Of a stretch of DNA of 64,000 nt, positions 1-13,248 are shown in pieces. The stretch's first letter is position 1; every line of letters begins with the position of its first letter. The DNA is taken from positions 21,681 through 85,680 of the forward strand of contig CAWHXP010000004.1 in assembly GCA_963833425.1 (NCBI GenBank), written 5' to 3'. Both the position numbers and the translations under genes were made by a program. Source of the DNA: an uncultured Methanosarcinaceae archaeon. GTDB lineage: Archaea; Halobacteriota; Methanosarcinia; Methanosarcinales; Methanosarcinaceae. A model generated the notes under the pieces. That model saw only the letters and a program-made list of their open reading frames with translations, had not been told where the DNA came from and did not search any database.

Positions 1-67
1 TAACCAGATAGTAACCATTTACATACGGTCAAACAGAAATTCAGAACATGAATAGATATTTTTACAA

Positions 68-216
68 GGTTCTGTTGCAAAAAATCTGGTTATTTTACAA
101 AACCATTGAAAAACATCACAAATCGGATATTTATACACTCTAAACAGATCAATAATTATACAAAAAGCAATAGTCCTAGCCTAAAAAGGAAGTAAAATTA
201 TTTTTGCAACAGAACC
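68..216. mobile_element. 149-bp MITE with 16-bp perfect terminal inverted repeats (GGTTCTGTTGCAAAAA)
   Basis: ggttctgttgcaaaaa at 68-83 and tttttgcaacagaacc at 201-216, with no ORF between them. The TIR resembles IS6-family (IS257/IS1216-type) ends or IS5/IS903-group ends. Confidence 0.75.
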
Positions 217-540
217 CATCGATAATACTATAATCAACAATTTAAGGCTGGATCAATTATTTTTTTTGTATTATACCCACCTTAAATATATATTAATTAT
301 TATTACTCATATTTACGCTTTTTGAGTAATGTAATTCCGCGCTTTTAGTAAATTTGATCTGGAGCTCGGTTTGGAGCTTGTTTGAATATCTCCCTGGGCT
401 GAAGTTGCAGGGGCCGGAGCTGGAATCGTTTAAGGTACTCCTCCGTATACTCAGTATGAGGGGCAAAACCATTGCACTGTAATCCAATAAAAGTGTTTTT
501 CTGTTGTGTTGTTCCTTCTGCTCTCGGTAGTCTACAGATT

Positions 541-1320
541 CTATTGCTTTTCACGATTGGGAAATGCCAATTGCGGTCTCCGAATGATAAACGAGGAGTC
601 GAGATTTTTTACCATTCTTCCGGCCATATCAGCAGGAATACCTATCGCCATCATTTCTGGAAGAAGGGAATGGTTCTGAGTGGGATCCTGCGGACCCACG
701 AAAGCGGTGTCGTGCGGTGTTTTGTCAGCAAGACCCGCCGGAAATGTGATATATGTTGAACAGGCTGATCCCCATGGTATGACCACAGGTGAGAAAGGAT
801 CGTCCCGATCAAAGTGAATGAGCGCTGCCATATTCCTGATTTGTTCGGCTGTGCCAAAGCAGCACAGGGATCTGATAGCAGGCTCAGGATCTGGAAGGGT
901 TTCACAGTCCTGAACGACAAGATATTTTCCCAGTGGATGGATCGGTCCAGCCGCCAACATACAGCGTTCTACAAGCTCCGGATCTGACTTCAGGTATTCA
1001 GCTGCTCCGCCACGAATATCTTTCCTGCCGGTCGATATAAAATACTTGATTTCATCAGGTACCGGAGTATATCCCACGTGGTAGAGTCCACCAAGGCAGC
1101 AATTTTCACTTGTGTTGTCACTGACATAAATTGCTGATACCTCGTTTCCTGTGGCCATCCGGTACAGGGAAACAGCAAAGCATCGATTCACTACGGTCAT
1201 CGGGGAAATATCTACTGGCAGGACTTCCGATCCGTATACTGCAAGAGGGCGGGTCGAAAGCCTGAATGCTGCCTTCAGCTTTGCCCCTATTTCCCTGAAA
1301 TCTGTGTCTGTCATGATCAC
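541..1320 (-). CDS. DUF169 family protein (uncharacterised, conserved Cys)
   Basis: 259-aa ORF with DUF169-like layout: N-terminal L...PLAVYG, RCF, NCCLGGL, PWGSACS, GPQDP, C-terminal IGIP. Confidence 0.7.
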   Translation of the reverse strand: MIMTDTDFREIGAKLKAAFRLSTRPLAVYGSEVLPVDISPMTVVNRCFAVSLYRMATGNEVSAIYVSDNTSENCCLGGLYHVGYTPVPDEIKYFISTGRKDIRGGAAEYLKSDPELVERCMLAAGPIHPLGKYLVVQDCETLPDPEPAIRSLCCFGTAEQIRNMAALIHFDRDDPFSPVVIPWGSACSTYITFPAGLADKTPHDTAFVGPQDPTQNHSLLPEMMAIGIPADMAGRMVKNLDSSFIIRRPQLAFPNREKQ

Positions 1321-1326
1321 TGCACT

Positions 1327-1840
1327 TCATGCTCTCAGCGAGCTCTTTTCAAATCTGGCGTCGAATATACCATCTTTTGACTTCTCTTCCGTTTCCTCAA
1401 AGAGCGAAAATGGCATAGCAGACGTTAACATGTTCTTTGGGATGATTTTTTTTCCACGTTCGCCCGTGTGGCAAGGTCCACCTACCCAAAGTATTGCCCG
1501 TGGATATACTGCACTGTAGCGAACTAGGTCTCTGAGTTCTCACTACTCTTTTTACCCCTTACTAAGAATGCTGACATTATTCAACACCATCACAACTGAA
1601 TGAATCTCAATAGCTGTTTCCAAAGCCAAGCTTTGCACAGGCACTGGGAAACCACGATTCTCCCGGTCAAACAGTGTTGTCTTTCTCTCCATTGTAACCT
1701 GTGCAAAAAAATGGCATGTTGCATGACTGTCAGTGTGTTTTGATGCAGTGCTTCTTCGGGTTTTGCATTGCTCCAGAGAATTGCCACAGGTTCATGGTCA
1801 AGCAAGAGCTTTTTTACGGTTATACTCTTATTTCGTTCAT
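1327..1840 (-). pseudogene. Second DUF169-family gene, frameshifted and internally deleted
   Basis: Fragments read across frames: LDHEPVAILWSNAKPEEA, MPFFAQVTMERKTTLFDREN, LGFGNSY, IPKNMLTSAMPFSLFEE. They end directly at the start of the 541-1320 gene. Confidence 0.6.
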
Positions 1841-2104
1841 ATGTTAATTTACCATTTTATCTGACGCACTAATATATTCATGGTCGAACCGTTAAATGTT
1901 CTATTTCACCGACTGGCAGAAATATGCTATACCCTGCCTGTGAGTGATAGGTTGTTTCTCCTATATTCCTTAAGGAAACAAGTTTTCTTTGGTAATCTAT
2001 CCATCGTCAAGAAGGCGTTATTAGTGGCTAAAGCCTTCCGCTTCACCATGGTTAACGTGGTTAACTCTCATTATTTATATTACTTGTACACTTTCATCCT
2101 GTTA

Positions 2105-3109
2105 TTATAGTCTTAGGAGGAGCTCTGCGTTTCCATGTGCTATCTTATTCTTGTCCACAGGGCTCACAGGGAGTTGATCCAGGAAGTTGCGTGCTTGCGC
2201 CATCGGGCTATAGGGGTAATCGGCAGAGAACATTATCCTGTCGGCTCCGACTTGAAGATACAGGTTGAGGAACGTCGGAGTAAAGTTGAAACCGCTGAAC
2301 GTATAGTAAATATTATCTCGGAGGTAGTCTGCAACAGGATGATTAAGCTTCGTTACGTTTGGAGATAAAACTTTGTCGATTCTGGGCATCATAAACGGGA
2401 GAGCCTCACCCATGTGGCCAATCACTATCTGAAGGCCCGGAAACTGGTCGAAAGCTCCACTGACAATAAGGCGGAGAATATGGACCGCTGTCTCGATATG
2501 CCAGCCCCATGCAGCCCTGGATAACCCGCTTGTCACCTCTGGTGAGAAGCCTGCATAGTAAGCCTCAATCACTGGTTCCGGTGGCAGTGTTGGATGGATG
2601 TAGAGTGGAACCTTGAGCGCTTCAGCCCGCTCCAGGATCGGCCAAAAGAATTTGTCATCCAAATAGCGGCCTCGTGTGTGGCCGTTGATATTTCCTCCTT
2701 TGAAGCCATGTTCATTAACCATGCGCTCCAGCTCCTCGGCAGCGATGTTGGGATCAGCGGTCGGTAGAGTGGCGAATCCAGCGAAACGCTTTGGATAACG
2801 CTGCATTGCCTCTACGAGATAGTCGTTAGCTTCGCGAGCCAGCTCTACTGCTTCTGTTGCGTCGAGTTGCTGCACTGAGGGAGCGGTCAGAGACAATACC
2901 TGCACGTCGATACCTGCGGAATCCATTTCTGCGATTCTCTTATCGCCGAGATCGGACAATTCTTCGATAATCTTCCCATAGCCAAAGTGCTCTGCCATCT
3001 TGACTTGTTCATTGAGCTTTCTTCCCGGGCCATCCAGAAATGCTGGGGTAGCATAGTGCTCTTCAAGAGTGATAGTTCGCATCATTTCGCGATTATCAAG
3101 TTTTTCCAT
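2105..3109 (-). CDS. Amidohydrolase-2 family protein (ACMSD / gamma-resorcylate / LigW-type aromatic decarboxylase-like)
   Basis: Motifs ITLEEH, GIDVQVLS, YIHP, GHMGE, FSADYPY. The real start is probably 3109 or 3085 rather than the ORF-track 3247. Confidence 0.85.
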   Translation of the reverse strand: MEKLDNREMMRTITLEEHYATPAFLDGPGRKLNEQVKMAEHFGYGKIIEELSDLGDKRIAEMDSAGIDVQVLSLTAPSVQQLDATEAVELAREANDYLVEAMQRYPKRFAGFATLPTADPNIAAEELERMVNEHGFKGGNINGHTRGRYLDDKFFWPILERAEALKVPLYIHPTLPPEPVIEAYYAGFSPEVTSGLSRAAWGWHIETAVHILRLIVSGAFDQFPGLQIVIGHMGEALPFMMPRIDKVLSPNVTKLNHPVADYLRDNIYYTFSGFNFTPTFLNLYLQVGADRIMFSADYPYSPMAQARNFLDQLPVSPVDKNKIAHGNAELLLRL

Positions 3110-3399
3110 AATCATTATTCCTTGTAAAATCCTTAAATAATTTCTCATTGATATTTGTTTAGGAGAACTAGAACGTTTTATTACCCTACCAACCAAAAAA
3201 TCTGATGCCTGCCTATACCAGGATAGTTTATTGAGTGACTTCACCAACTCTTTATTTAGATCGAAAGGAAAGTAGGGAACATGAAAATCAATTTTGAAAT
3301 AAGCCGTTTCATATATTGATACTCTATAAGAAAACGGCTAACAATCAAAAAAATATATTTAAATGATCAAGATAAATAAAGTCGGAACAGTTGTTTATA

Positions 3400-3765
3400 G
3401 AGACTTTCAAGAATGATTCAGCTATTAATACGTTTCGTACAACCATAAAAAATATTAGAAATTGGAACAAGTATAGATTATTCAACAGTATATGTGGCTA
3501 CATTAACTAAGGATGTCGAAATTCTCAGACACGATACCCATGGATTGACTCTTAGCAATGGTATCAAGCTGATATAATGGCCTCAAATATTTACGGTTTT
3601 ATATGTCGGTCTGATACTCCGATCAAAATACAAAATGATAATGGTTTTTACAGCACCATTGGAACACAAAAACCTAAAAGTTTCTACTTTGCCAACTGTG
3701 AAGCTTAATTTTATGTTCATCAATGGATTTTTGGCACTGAGTCTCATAAATACCAATTTTACAAT
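3400..3765 (-). pseudogene. Eroded copy of the 5' part of an ABC transporter ATPase gene
   Basis: 3515-3725 aligns by eye with ~9413-9620, e.g. cacgatacccatggattg vs tacaatacccatggactg and cagcaccattggaacacaaaaacctaaaagtttct vs cggcaccattgggacccaaaaaaccaaaggtttct. Many stops and indels; boundaries approximate. Confidence 0.7.
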
Positions 3766-3767
3766 AA

Positions 3768-4403
3768 TCAGCGTCGCGCAGACAATGCATAAATTGCATA
3801 GAGTGACACAAATTTAGTATTGAACTCTATCGTTTTCAGTTCTTGTATGTCAAAATAAGGTGAAAAAAGATCATGTATTTCGGATTCCAAAGAGAAATAC
3901 AGTACTGTCCCAAGATGAGTTTTCCGGAATTTACCCACACCGTCAAACTGTGGATCCTTCTCAGAAAAACAGACTGAAAAGTACTGTGCTCCTGGCTTCA
4001 AAATATTATACACATTTTTTACATATTTTTCTCGGTCTTCTGGAAATATATGGTGCAAAAAATCCCAGTCGTAGCCAAAATCAAATGTCTTTTTTACTTC
4101 ATGCAGGTCACCTAGAAGATCAGCGACAATAAACTTGCACTTGACTCCTTGTTTGTGTGCGTTTTCGTTAGCGATCTTTATTGTGGTGGGGAAACTATCG
4201 ACACCTATTACCTCAAATCCCTGCCCTGCTAGGTATATTGCATAGTTACCAGCGCCACAACCGAGATCAATCGTCTTGCAGGGCCGGATTTTCCCACTTT
4301 GCACAGCTCAACAAGCTTATCTGGGGGTGTCTCACTATTCCAGGGAATTTTATCGAGCGGTACTGTCTGGTAAATTCTGTCGACATCGAAGTACTTAATG
4401 CAT
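3768..4403 (-). pseudogene. Class I SAM-dependent methyltransferase (TPMT/TehB/thiol-methyltransferase-like) with N-terminal frameshifts
   Basis: DLGCGAG SAM motif and YDWDFLHH. An upstream frame gives IKYFDVDRIYQTVPLDKIPWNSETPP, which joins ATG 4403 via a +1 and a -1 indel. Confidence 0.75.
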
Positions 4404-4438
4404 GATACCCCCGTGAAACGATCTAATGTCTCTACTTA

Positions 4439-6631
<2,193 letters not shown>

Positions 6632-6651
<20 letters not shown>

Positions 6652-7771
6652 AGAGCATCCCCTTAAACAATCGAGAGCGGAGGAGATCTTTGTTCTCAAG
6701 TGCCTGTCTGACTAGAGCGGAGATGTTCCTAATTCCCCGGAAGCCGTACTGGGGCTGAAACGATGGGTTCATGAGTGTTAAGTTCACCACTGGACAGGGA
6801 GGAAACCGGCCTGAATTCCCAAAGAAGATAGGGTTATCATATTCCTTAACAATCGCCTCTAGCTCGGCCTCGGTCTCTTTGGACGATCGAAGGCTCCCTA
6901 GCCGGAAGAGTCCTTTTGTCAGAATAATCTCCGGGTTAACCCCGGTTTCCAGGAGAAACTTGATGCTGGGCATACGTTCCTTGATTGTATATGGATGGAC
7001 GTTGATCACGACAGGATGGGCACCAAACTCTGCTGCCATCAGTGCATGGAAAGCGCTCGTATAGGCCCTGGAAATTCCGATATTTCTACAATAGCCGTTT
7101 TTTCGGAGAGAGCCTGTCTTAAATATGTAATTCCCGGTTCTACTTCCTGCATCTCTCGTTTAATCACTTTAATAGCTGCTGCCTCCATGCCAAGAGGTGT
7201 TGCCACGCCAAGCAGCCATTCCTTAGTAGCCTCAGGGCCGTAGGGCTGCCCAGTCTGGCTGTAAGGAATGCCGAAAACCGTTCTTGCATCAAGTCACCCA
7301 GCTTCTGTCCCCAGTCAAAGCACCCGGCAGCCAACCAACTTCTCTGCCTCGCGAGCAATGCTTTCGACGTCATCACCGATGATCCCGGAGCAGCAGCAAG
7401 AGAGAATGACGATGAGATTGGGTGGTACTTAGCGTATGCTTCCTTTACTGCTTCCAGTAGTTTTCCCTCACCCCCGTATGACATAGCTTTCGTCTAGCGA
7501 GGTGCAAGCTGTGGGTTCTAATGGAACTCCACGGATCTCGCAGCATTCCCGTGTCCTTACAAAATCTGACATGTACAGCGGACACCCGGTCGGACCGTGG
7601 ACCAGGGGAACTACATGACGGATCCCGCTGATGACGTAATAGGCTGTAAAAAAATTTGCACATTGGAGAGTGGGAAGCCTGAAGCTTGGGGATCATCTCT
7701 CCAGTTTCCACTTTTTCCATTAACTGCTGCAGATTACCGTGAAAAACTATGAAATCCTTTTCCTGTTTCAC
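6632..7771 (-). pseudogene. NifD/BchN-like nitrogenase component-1 type oxidoreductase subunit
   Basis: Reconstructed across at least four frameshifts: SPMCKFFTAYYVISGIRHVVPLVHGPTGC...RECCEIRG...YGGEGKLLEAVKEA...ILSCCCSGIIGDDVESIA...QPYGPEATKEWL...PQYGFRG. An internal deletion appears near 7320. Confidence 0.8.
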
Positions 7772-7962
7772 AAATTCTCCATGTCGAGTGTTGATAAATA
7801 TTTTTTTGAGTCCAAGATGAAGGAAACCCTAAATACAGAAATGTAGATTTAGGATGAATTCAACCAAACAAGATCATTTTTGGCAAAAATGGTATTCCAC
7901 TATGAGATTATTTTTTTTTCGTTAATTTCAGATGTCTTCGCCAGTTAAAATTTTTTGATTTC

Positions 7963-8742
7963 TCATTCGTTAAACGTTCTGTAAAGATAGTTTGCGATTA
8001 TCTGGAATATTAGGATGAAGATCAATAGCATTATCATGTCCATAAGCGGGGGAAATAGCGATTTATCAGTATATGCATACTCGATCAGATCACTTCCATA
8101 TGTAAGCGGTGATATAAGTGCGATTTTCTGACCTATTTGAGGCATAGAAGATATTGGGACGAAGACACCCGAGATAAAGATCAGCGGTAGCCTCACTGTA
8201 TTAAGCATAGACATAACCTCACCCACATTCTCTGTAGGATATGCAGCGAACAGTGTTCCAAGCGTAGCAAAACAGAATGCTGTGAGGATCATGGAAATCA
8301 CAAGGACAGTTGTATGTACAATAGTTGTACCGAAGAAGGTCACACCAATGACCAGAGGAAGACATGCTATGCCGAGACTATAAAAAAATCCACTCAGGCT
8401 CTCACCTGATACCAACGAATACAATGAAATAGGTGCCGATAGCAAACGTTCAAAAGTTTTTACTCGCCTTTCGATAGGTATTGAAACTGGCTCTATTGAT
8501 GAAGCCGAAAACAAGAGAGTAATCGAGATCAGCCCCGGGATAAGGGTGCCTGGAGCTGTGTTCTTTCCAATAGCAAAAGCTAGGAACATAAAAAGCGGAA
8601 AGAATATACCGGAAACGATGATATTTGGCTTAAGGTAATAAATCCGCATGTCTTTTTTGGCGATTGCCCATGCAGCAGATATTTGGCAGGAAAGATGTTT
8701 TCCCCATCTCGCAGGTTTAATCGATTGCATGGATTCCATCAC
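7963..8742 (-). CDS. ABC-2 type transporter permease
   Basis: Hydrophobic 259 aa; ERRVKTFERLLSAP, FISGVFVPISSMP, SPLTY. Confidence 0.9.
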   Translation of the reverse strand: MMESMQSIKPARWGKHLSCQISAAWAIAKKDMRIYYLKPNIIVSGIFFPLFMFLAFAIGKNTAPGTLIPGLISITLLFSASSIEPVSIPIERRVKTFERLLSAPISLYSLVSGESLSGFFYSLGIACLPLVIGVTFFGTTIVHTTVLVISMILTAFCFATLGTLFAAYPTENVGEVMSMLNTVRLPLIFISGVFVPISSMPQIGQKIALISPLTYGSDLIEYAYTDKSLFPPLMDMIMLLIFILIFQIIANYLYRTFNE

Positions 8743-9673
8743 CAGCCCGCTGCAGACCAGTCAACTTTACAAATACATCCTCGAGGCTAGGTCCTAGAGT
8801 AGTGATACTGATTATTTTAAGATCATGCATGTGAGCATAAGCTACTACGGCATCAATAACTTCAGCTGGATCTTCAGTATAAAGCTTAAACTTGTCACCT
8901 TTTTTTTGTGCGTCATTAACCATGGAAAAACGGCTTAATGCGCCCAGGTGATCAATATCGTTATGGTCAAAAGATACTTCTATGGACTGCGAACCTTTGA
9001 TCGTCTTTTTCAGAGATTCCGGTGCATCGATTGCAATGATATTTCCTTTATTGATGATAGCCACCCGATCGCACATGACATTTGCCTCCTCAATATTGTG
9101 TGTAGTTAAAAAAACAGTGACTCTGTTGAGGATTAGATCTGAGATCACTTCACGAATGATGAGATTACTCTGTACATCAAGCCCTGAGGTTGGTTCATCC
9201 AGGAACAGCAGACGCGGGCTATTGACTAGCCCCATTGCAAGAGTCAGACGTCTTTTCATCCCCTTTGAAAAACCGTGCACTTTGTCATTGCGACGTTCGT
9301 ATAACTCGAACTTTTTGAGCAATTCGTTTGCCTTTTTTTCTCTCTCATTTCGTCCGACATGATAGAGTTCAGCGGAGAACATCATGTTCTGCCATGCAGT
9401 CAGATCATCGTAAACGTTTGAATTTTCGGATACAATACCCATGGACTGTCGTGCATTGATGGTATCGTGCTCAATATCATGGCCAAAAATGGTTGCAGTT
9501 CCCGAAGTTGGTCTTGATACGCCGGTCAAAATACGAATGGTAGTAGTTTTTCCGGCACCATTGGGACCCAAAAAACCAAAGGTTTCTCCTTCGCCAACTG
9601 AGAAACTGATATCATTGACCGCGGTGAGAGAGCCGAATTTTTTGATGAGATGAGATACTTCAATTGCTTGCAT
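8717..9673 (-). CDS. ABC transporter ATP-binding protein (DrrA-like exporter)
   Basis: Walker A GPNGAGKTT, signature FSKGMKRR, Walker B LFLDEPT, C-terminal SLEDVF. Confidence 0.95.
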   Translation of the reverse strand: MQAIEVSHLIKKFGSLTAVNDISFSVGEGETFGFLGPNGAGKTTTIRILTGVSRPTSGTATIFGHDIEHDTINARQSMGIVSENSNVYDDLTAWQNMMFSAELYHVGRNEREKKANELLKKFELYERRNDKVHGFSKGMKRRLTLAMGLVNSPRLLFLDEPTSGLDVQSNLIIREVISDLILNRVTVFLTTHNIEEANVMCDRVAIINKGNIIAIDAPESLKKTIKGSQSIEVSFDHNDIDHLGALSRFSMVNDAQKKGDKFKLYTEDPAEVIDAVVAYAHMHDLKIISITTLGPSLEDVFVKLTGLQRAGDGIHAID

Positions 9674-10225
9674 ATAATGTCTTAACTCAAGTATATTTTT
9701 AATACTTAAATCAATTGGTATAGATGCATAGCATTTTGGGACTTGAATAGTTGATATCCAAAATCATGCTCTGTCAATGCTCTAAATTGCACTGATCCCC
9801 CCTAATTAAAGATCATCATTTCGTACCTGCATTTTAAGTATAGATAATTCCGATAAACTTCTATGCTCATTTTTTTATGAAATTTTGAATTTTTGAATAA
9901 ATAACTACATCAATTCTGAACCAAATTAACCAATATATTCAAAGAAGTTTTCTATTTTTTCAAAGGCACTTAAATTTTTCATAATCTTTTAGTGTTTATT
10001 ATTCCACCTTCTGTGAGGCAAAGGCAGAGATGCTACAATAAATAAATATATAGCGTTCATTACACTGAAAGCTTAATCATGAAGACATCACCCGTTAATG
10101 GTACTATCATTGCTTTTAGAAAGTAACGTAAGTGTAAGCAACATCTTCAAAAACAGTATTTACTTAGAACTATTCCAAATATTTTTATAGTTCTATTCTG
10201 TTTAAAGAATGAGAGGTATAATGGA

Positions 10226-10783
10226 ATGAAAGTGATAGGTATTGTAGGAAGTCCCCGCAAAAATGGAAACACGAACACTCTTGTCCAGCAGGTTCTTGAA
10301 GGAGCGGTCGAAGCTGGGGCAGAGACTCGGACTTTTCTCCTCAACGAAATGAAATACAGTGGCTGTCAGGCCTGTGACTATTGTAAGTCACATGAGATGT
10401 GCAAACTTGAAGATGACATTGCAGAGCTTTTAAAAGAAATAGGAAAGGCTGATGGCGTTATTTTTGGGGCTCCTATTTATTTTGGTCAGTTTTCAGGTCA
10501 GATGAGGCTCTTCCTGGACCGCTGCTATTCTCTGGTAAATCCAGATCATTCTGCCCGCCTTCCATTTGGGAAAAAAGCCATAATTGTGGTAGCTCAGGGT
10601 ATGCCTGATCCTGCAGCATATAAAGGGGTCTATGAAGAATTCGGGGAACAAATTTCCCGTTTCATGGGAATGGATGTAAAGGATACTCTTGTTGCAGCTG
10701 GGTACCATACTCCAGAAGAAGTAAAGAATGATTCAGAGCTTATGAAAAAAGCGAAGGATGCAGGCCGGAACCTGCTCAATTAA
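10226..10783 (+). CDS. Iron-sulfur flavoprotein (Isf) / flavodoxin-fold NADPH-FMN reductase family
   Basis: GSPRKNGNT, CQACDYCKSHEMC (Cx2Cx2Cx5C), PIYFG, FLDR. Confidence 0.9.
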   Translation: MKVIGIVGSPRKNGNTNTLVQQVLEGAVEAGAETRTFLLNEMKYSGCQACDYCKSHEMCKLEDDIAELLKEIGKADGVIFGAPIYFGQFSGQMRLFLDRCYSLVNPDHSARLPFGKKAIIVVAQGMPDPAAYKGVYEEFGEQISRFMGMDVKDTLVAAGYHTPEEVKNDSELMKKAKDAGRNLLN

Positions 10784-11000
10784 CGACAAATTGAAAAATA
10801 GTTAGAAGGAACCTGCGAGACGTTTATCATTTAGATTTTTCTGGAATAGGTAAAGGGAGTCTTAACACGGATAATGCTATGTTTCAGACGATTGATTGTT
10901 TTATTGAAATACGGCATATTATACAAAAACATAAACTCGAAAGTATGTGACGACCAATTAGTTATGTACTTTCTTCCCAATTGAGATAAAGGACAGAGTG

Positions 11001-12903
11001 TTATACTTGGTCAATAAAAATATCTATCTCCTTTTTCAGCATTTGGCTAAGAATTTTTCCATCTAATGTACCTCTGTACTCCTTCATAACGATACCCATG
11101 AGGGGGCCGAGAGCTGCTGAGCCTTTATCCTTGATGAAATCTCCTTTTTCTCGTACCATTTTTTTGATGAAGTTTTCAACTTCTTCAGGATCAAAGATAC
11201 CGATTCCGAGCTTTAAAATAACTTCCTGAGTGGTAGATTCAGGTTCTTTTGCAAGTGCAGTCAACAGGTCCTGAATGGCTTCTTTAGCTATTTCCTGCTT
11301 TGAAATGGCTGTAAAAAGTCCTTTGAAATGATCGTCTCTAAGTTTATCTGTCTCAACTCCATTTCTCCGAATTTCCGGGACTATCCCCACAAGAGTCCTG
11401 GCAATCAGGGTTGAATTTACGTTAGGGTCTTTGCTGTAGATTCCAATTAAATTTTCAAATAGGGGAAGATATCTTGAATAAGCTATTTTTTCTGCAAGCT
11501 CTTTATTCAGACCATTGTCTGAAACAAAACGTTTTGCTCTGTCTGTCAAGAGTTCAGGGGTTTCAATTGAATCGAAGTACTCCTGAGATATTTTTATTTG
11601 GGGAACATCGGTTTCAGGATACATTCTTCCTGCGCCTGGAAGAGGACGCATATAAGCAGTGTTTCCATCTGGAAGGGCTTTTCGGGTTTCTTCTGGGATT
11701 CCTTCAATGACTTCTCTTGCTCTTGTAATAACTGATTCAATTGCAAGCCTAGCTTTTTCGGACTCTTCAGCAACTAGTATTATGACGTCATCTTCGCATG
11801 CAACGATCGCATTTCTTACAGCATGAACTTCTTTTTCAGTTATTCCATAATTAGGAAGTTCATCAGTGTGGAAAATGCCTCCTACACCTGCAGTCTTAGC
11901 CCTATCTGAAAGTTCGGTGCCGAGCCTTCTTCCGGGCTGAACTTCTCTGCCTATGAGCCCCTTGAATTTTCTTAGAAGAGCAGCCAAAATAGCTCCTTTA
12001 TCTACAAATTTTTGCAGGACTTTAGACCTTGTGTCTATGAACAGCTCTGTTACATCATATATATCCCCACAGACAAAGGCCTTTCTTTCCATGAGTTCCT
12101 GCCGGATTAAAAGAAGGTTCAGCTGTCTTTCAACTTCCCTGCGAACGATATCTTCTATAAGATCAAGAGATTGTACTCCTTTTATCTCTACTCTTGCGCC
12201 TTTTGCAATTGAGATATTTACATCTTGTCTGATTGTGCCCAGCCCTCTCTTTACTTTTCCAGTTGATCTGAGAACCATTCCAATCTGTTCGGCAACTTGT
12301 CTTGCATGTCTAGGGGACTTGATATCCGGCGCAGTTGCGATTTCCACCAATGGAATTCCCAACCTGTCTAGGGAATATACGATTGAGTCCTCTATTTCCT
12401 CTATTTTCTGGGCAGCTTCCTCTTCTATGCAGAGACTTTCAATTCCACAGAGACCTTCTGACGTTTCGATATATCCGTTGTTTGCCAGAAAAGCGGTTCT
12501 CTGAAAACCGCTAGTATTTGATCCATCCACCACTATTTTCCTCATGACATGCATCTGGTCGACAGGCTTCATATGAAAAAGCTTTGCAATCCCAAGGGAA
12601 ATATCAAGGGCTTCCTTATTGAGTTCCCTCGGAGGCTCTTCATCGTTTTCTATGAGGCAGGTTGTGTCATAAGCTATTATAAATGAATTTCCTCCTTATT
12701 TTGGTCTGCTCTACAGCAGCTCTGTCCTTTTCTCCCATCTCGCTTTCTGTAGCTCTGAGATATCTGAAAAATTCAAAGTCCGAATCCCCTATGTACCTGA
12801 TCATAGTCGGACATCTGCAAAAGAGTTTCTCCTTTGAATCAATTTGTTGGTGAATTTCAAGCCCGGCTTTCAGTCCAAGTTCATTATAATCGTATTTCTC
12901 CAT
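11001..12903 (-). CDS. gatE: Glu-tRNA(Gln) amidotransferase subunit E, split by one extra base near 12676
   Basis: [12 protein letters not shown]-terminus (12667-12903) plus [42 protein letters not shown]. Removing one base restores ...[18 protein letters not shown]... Confidence 0.92.
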
Positions 12904-13072
12904 ATTTTCACCCGAATCTGATCAGTAGGCTCCATAGTATTTCGTTAATGCACTTCAACTCTAATTGAAGCCCAGTTCTTTTTGTTCTTCCTTCGTTTTT
13001 AAGTCATCGGCTCATTACCTCGTTTTTGTTTGGAAATGGCAAGGAAAATGTTAATTTCAATAAAATCATTAT

Positions 13073-13163
13073 GGAGGATTCCGATAAAGCTCTAATTTTC
13101 GCGAGTCATATAAAAGCTATTTGTATGCATACTACGAAATATGGGGGTTTATCGGAAGCCTCC
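13073..13163. mobile_element. ~91-bp MITE with IS5-type TIRs
   Basis: ggaggattccgataaagctc...ggggtttatcggaagcctcc, a near-perfect inverted repeat matching the IS5 ends at 26604/27732. Confidence 0.7.
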
Positions 13164-13248
13164 AAAAATGATAATCATGTGCATAAACATGTCTTATCAA
13201 AAAATTAACTCCCCTCATAGAAGCAAGTCTAAAATTAGTTTTTCTTTT

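Noticed and set aside
3110..3247. N-terminal extension of the amidohydrolase in the ORF track
   Set aside because: It is AT-rich and lies upstream of the family's first motif (ITLEEH); the start is more likely 3109 or 3085.
11953..12504. Long antisense ORFs (e.g. 11953-12504, 17607-18194, 52550-52996, 5571-6026)
   Set aside because: They are shadows of real genes on the opposite strand, with no recognisable motifs.
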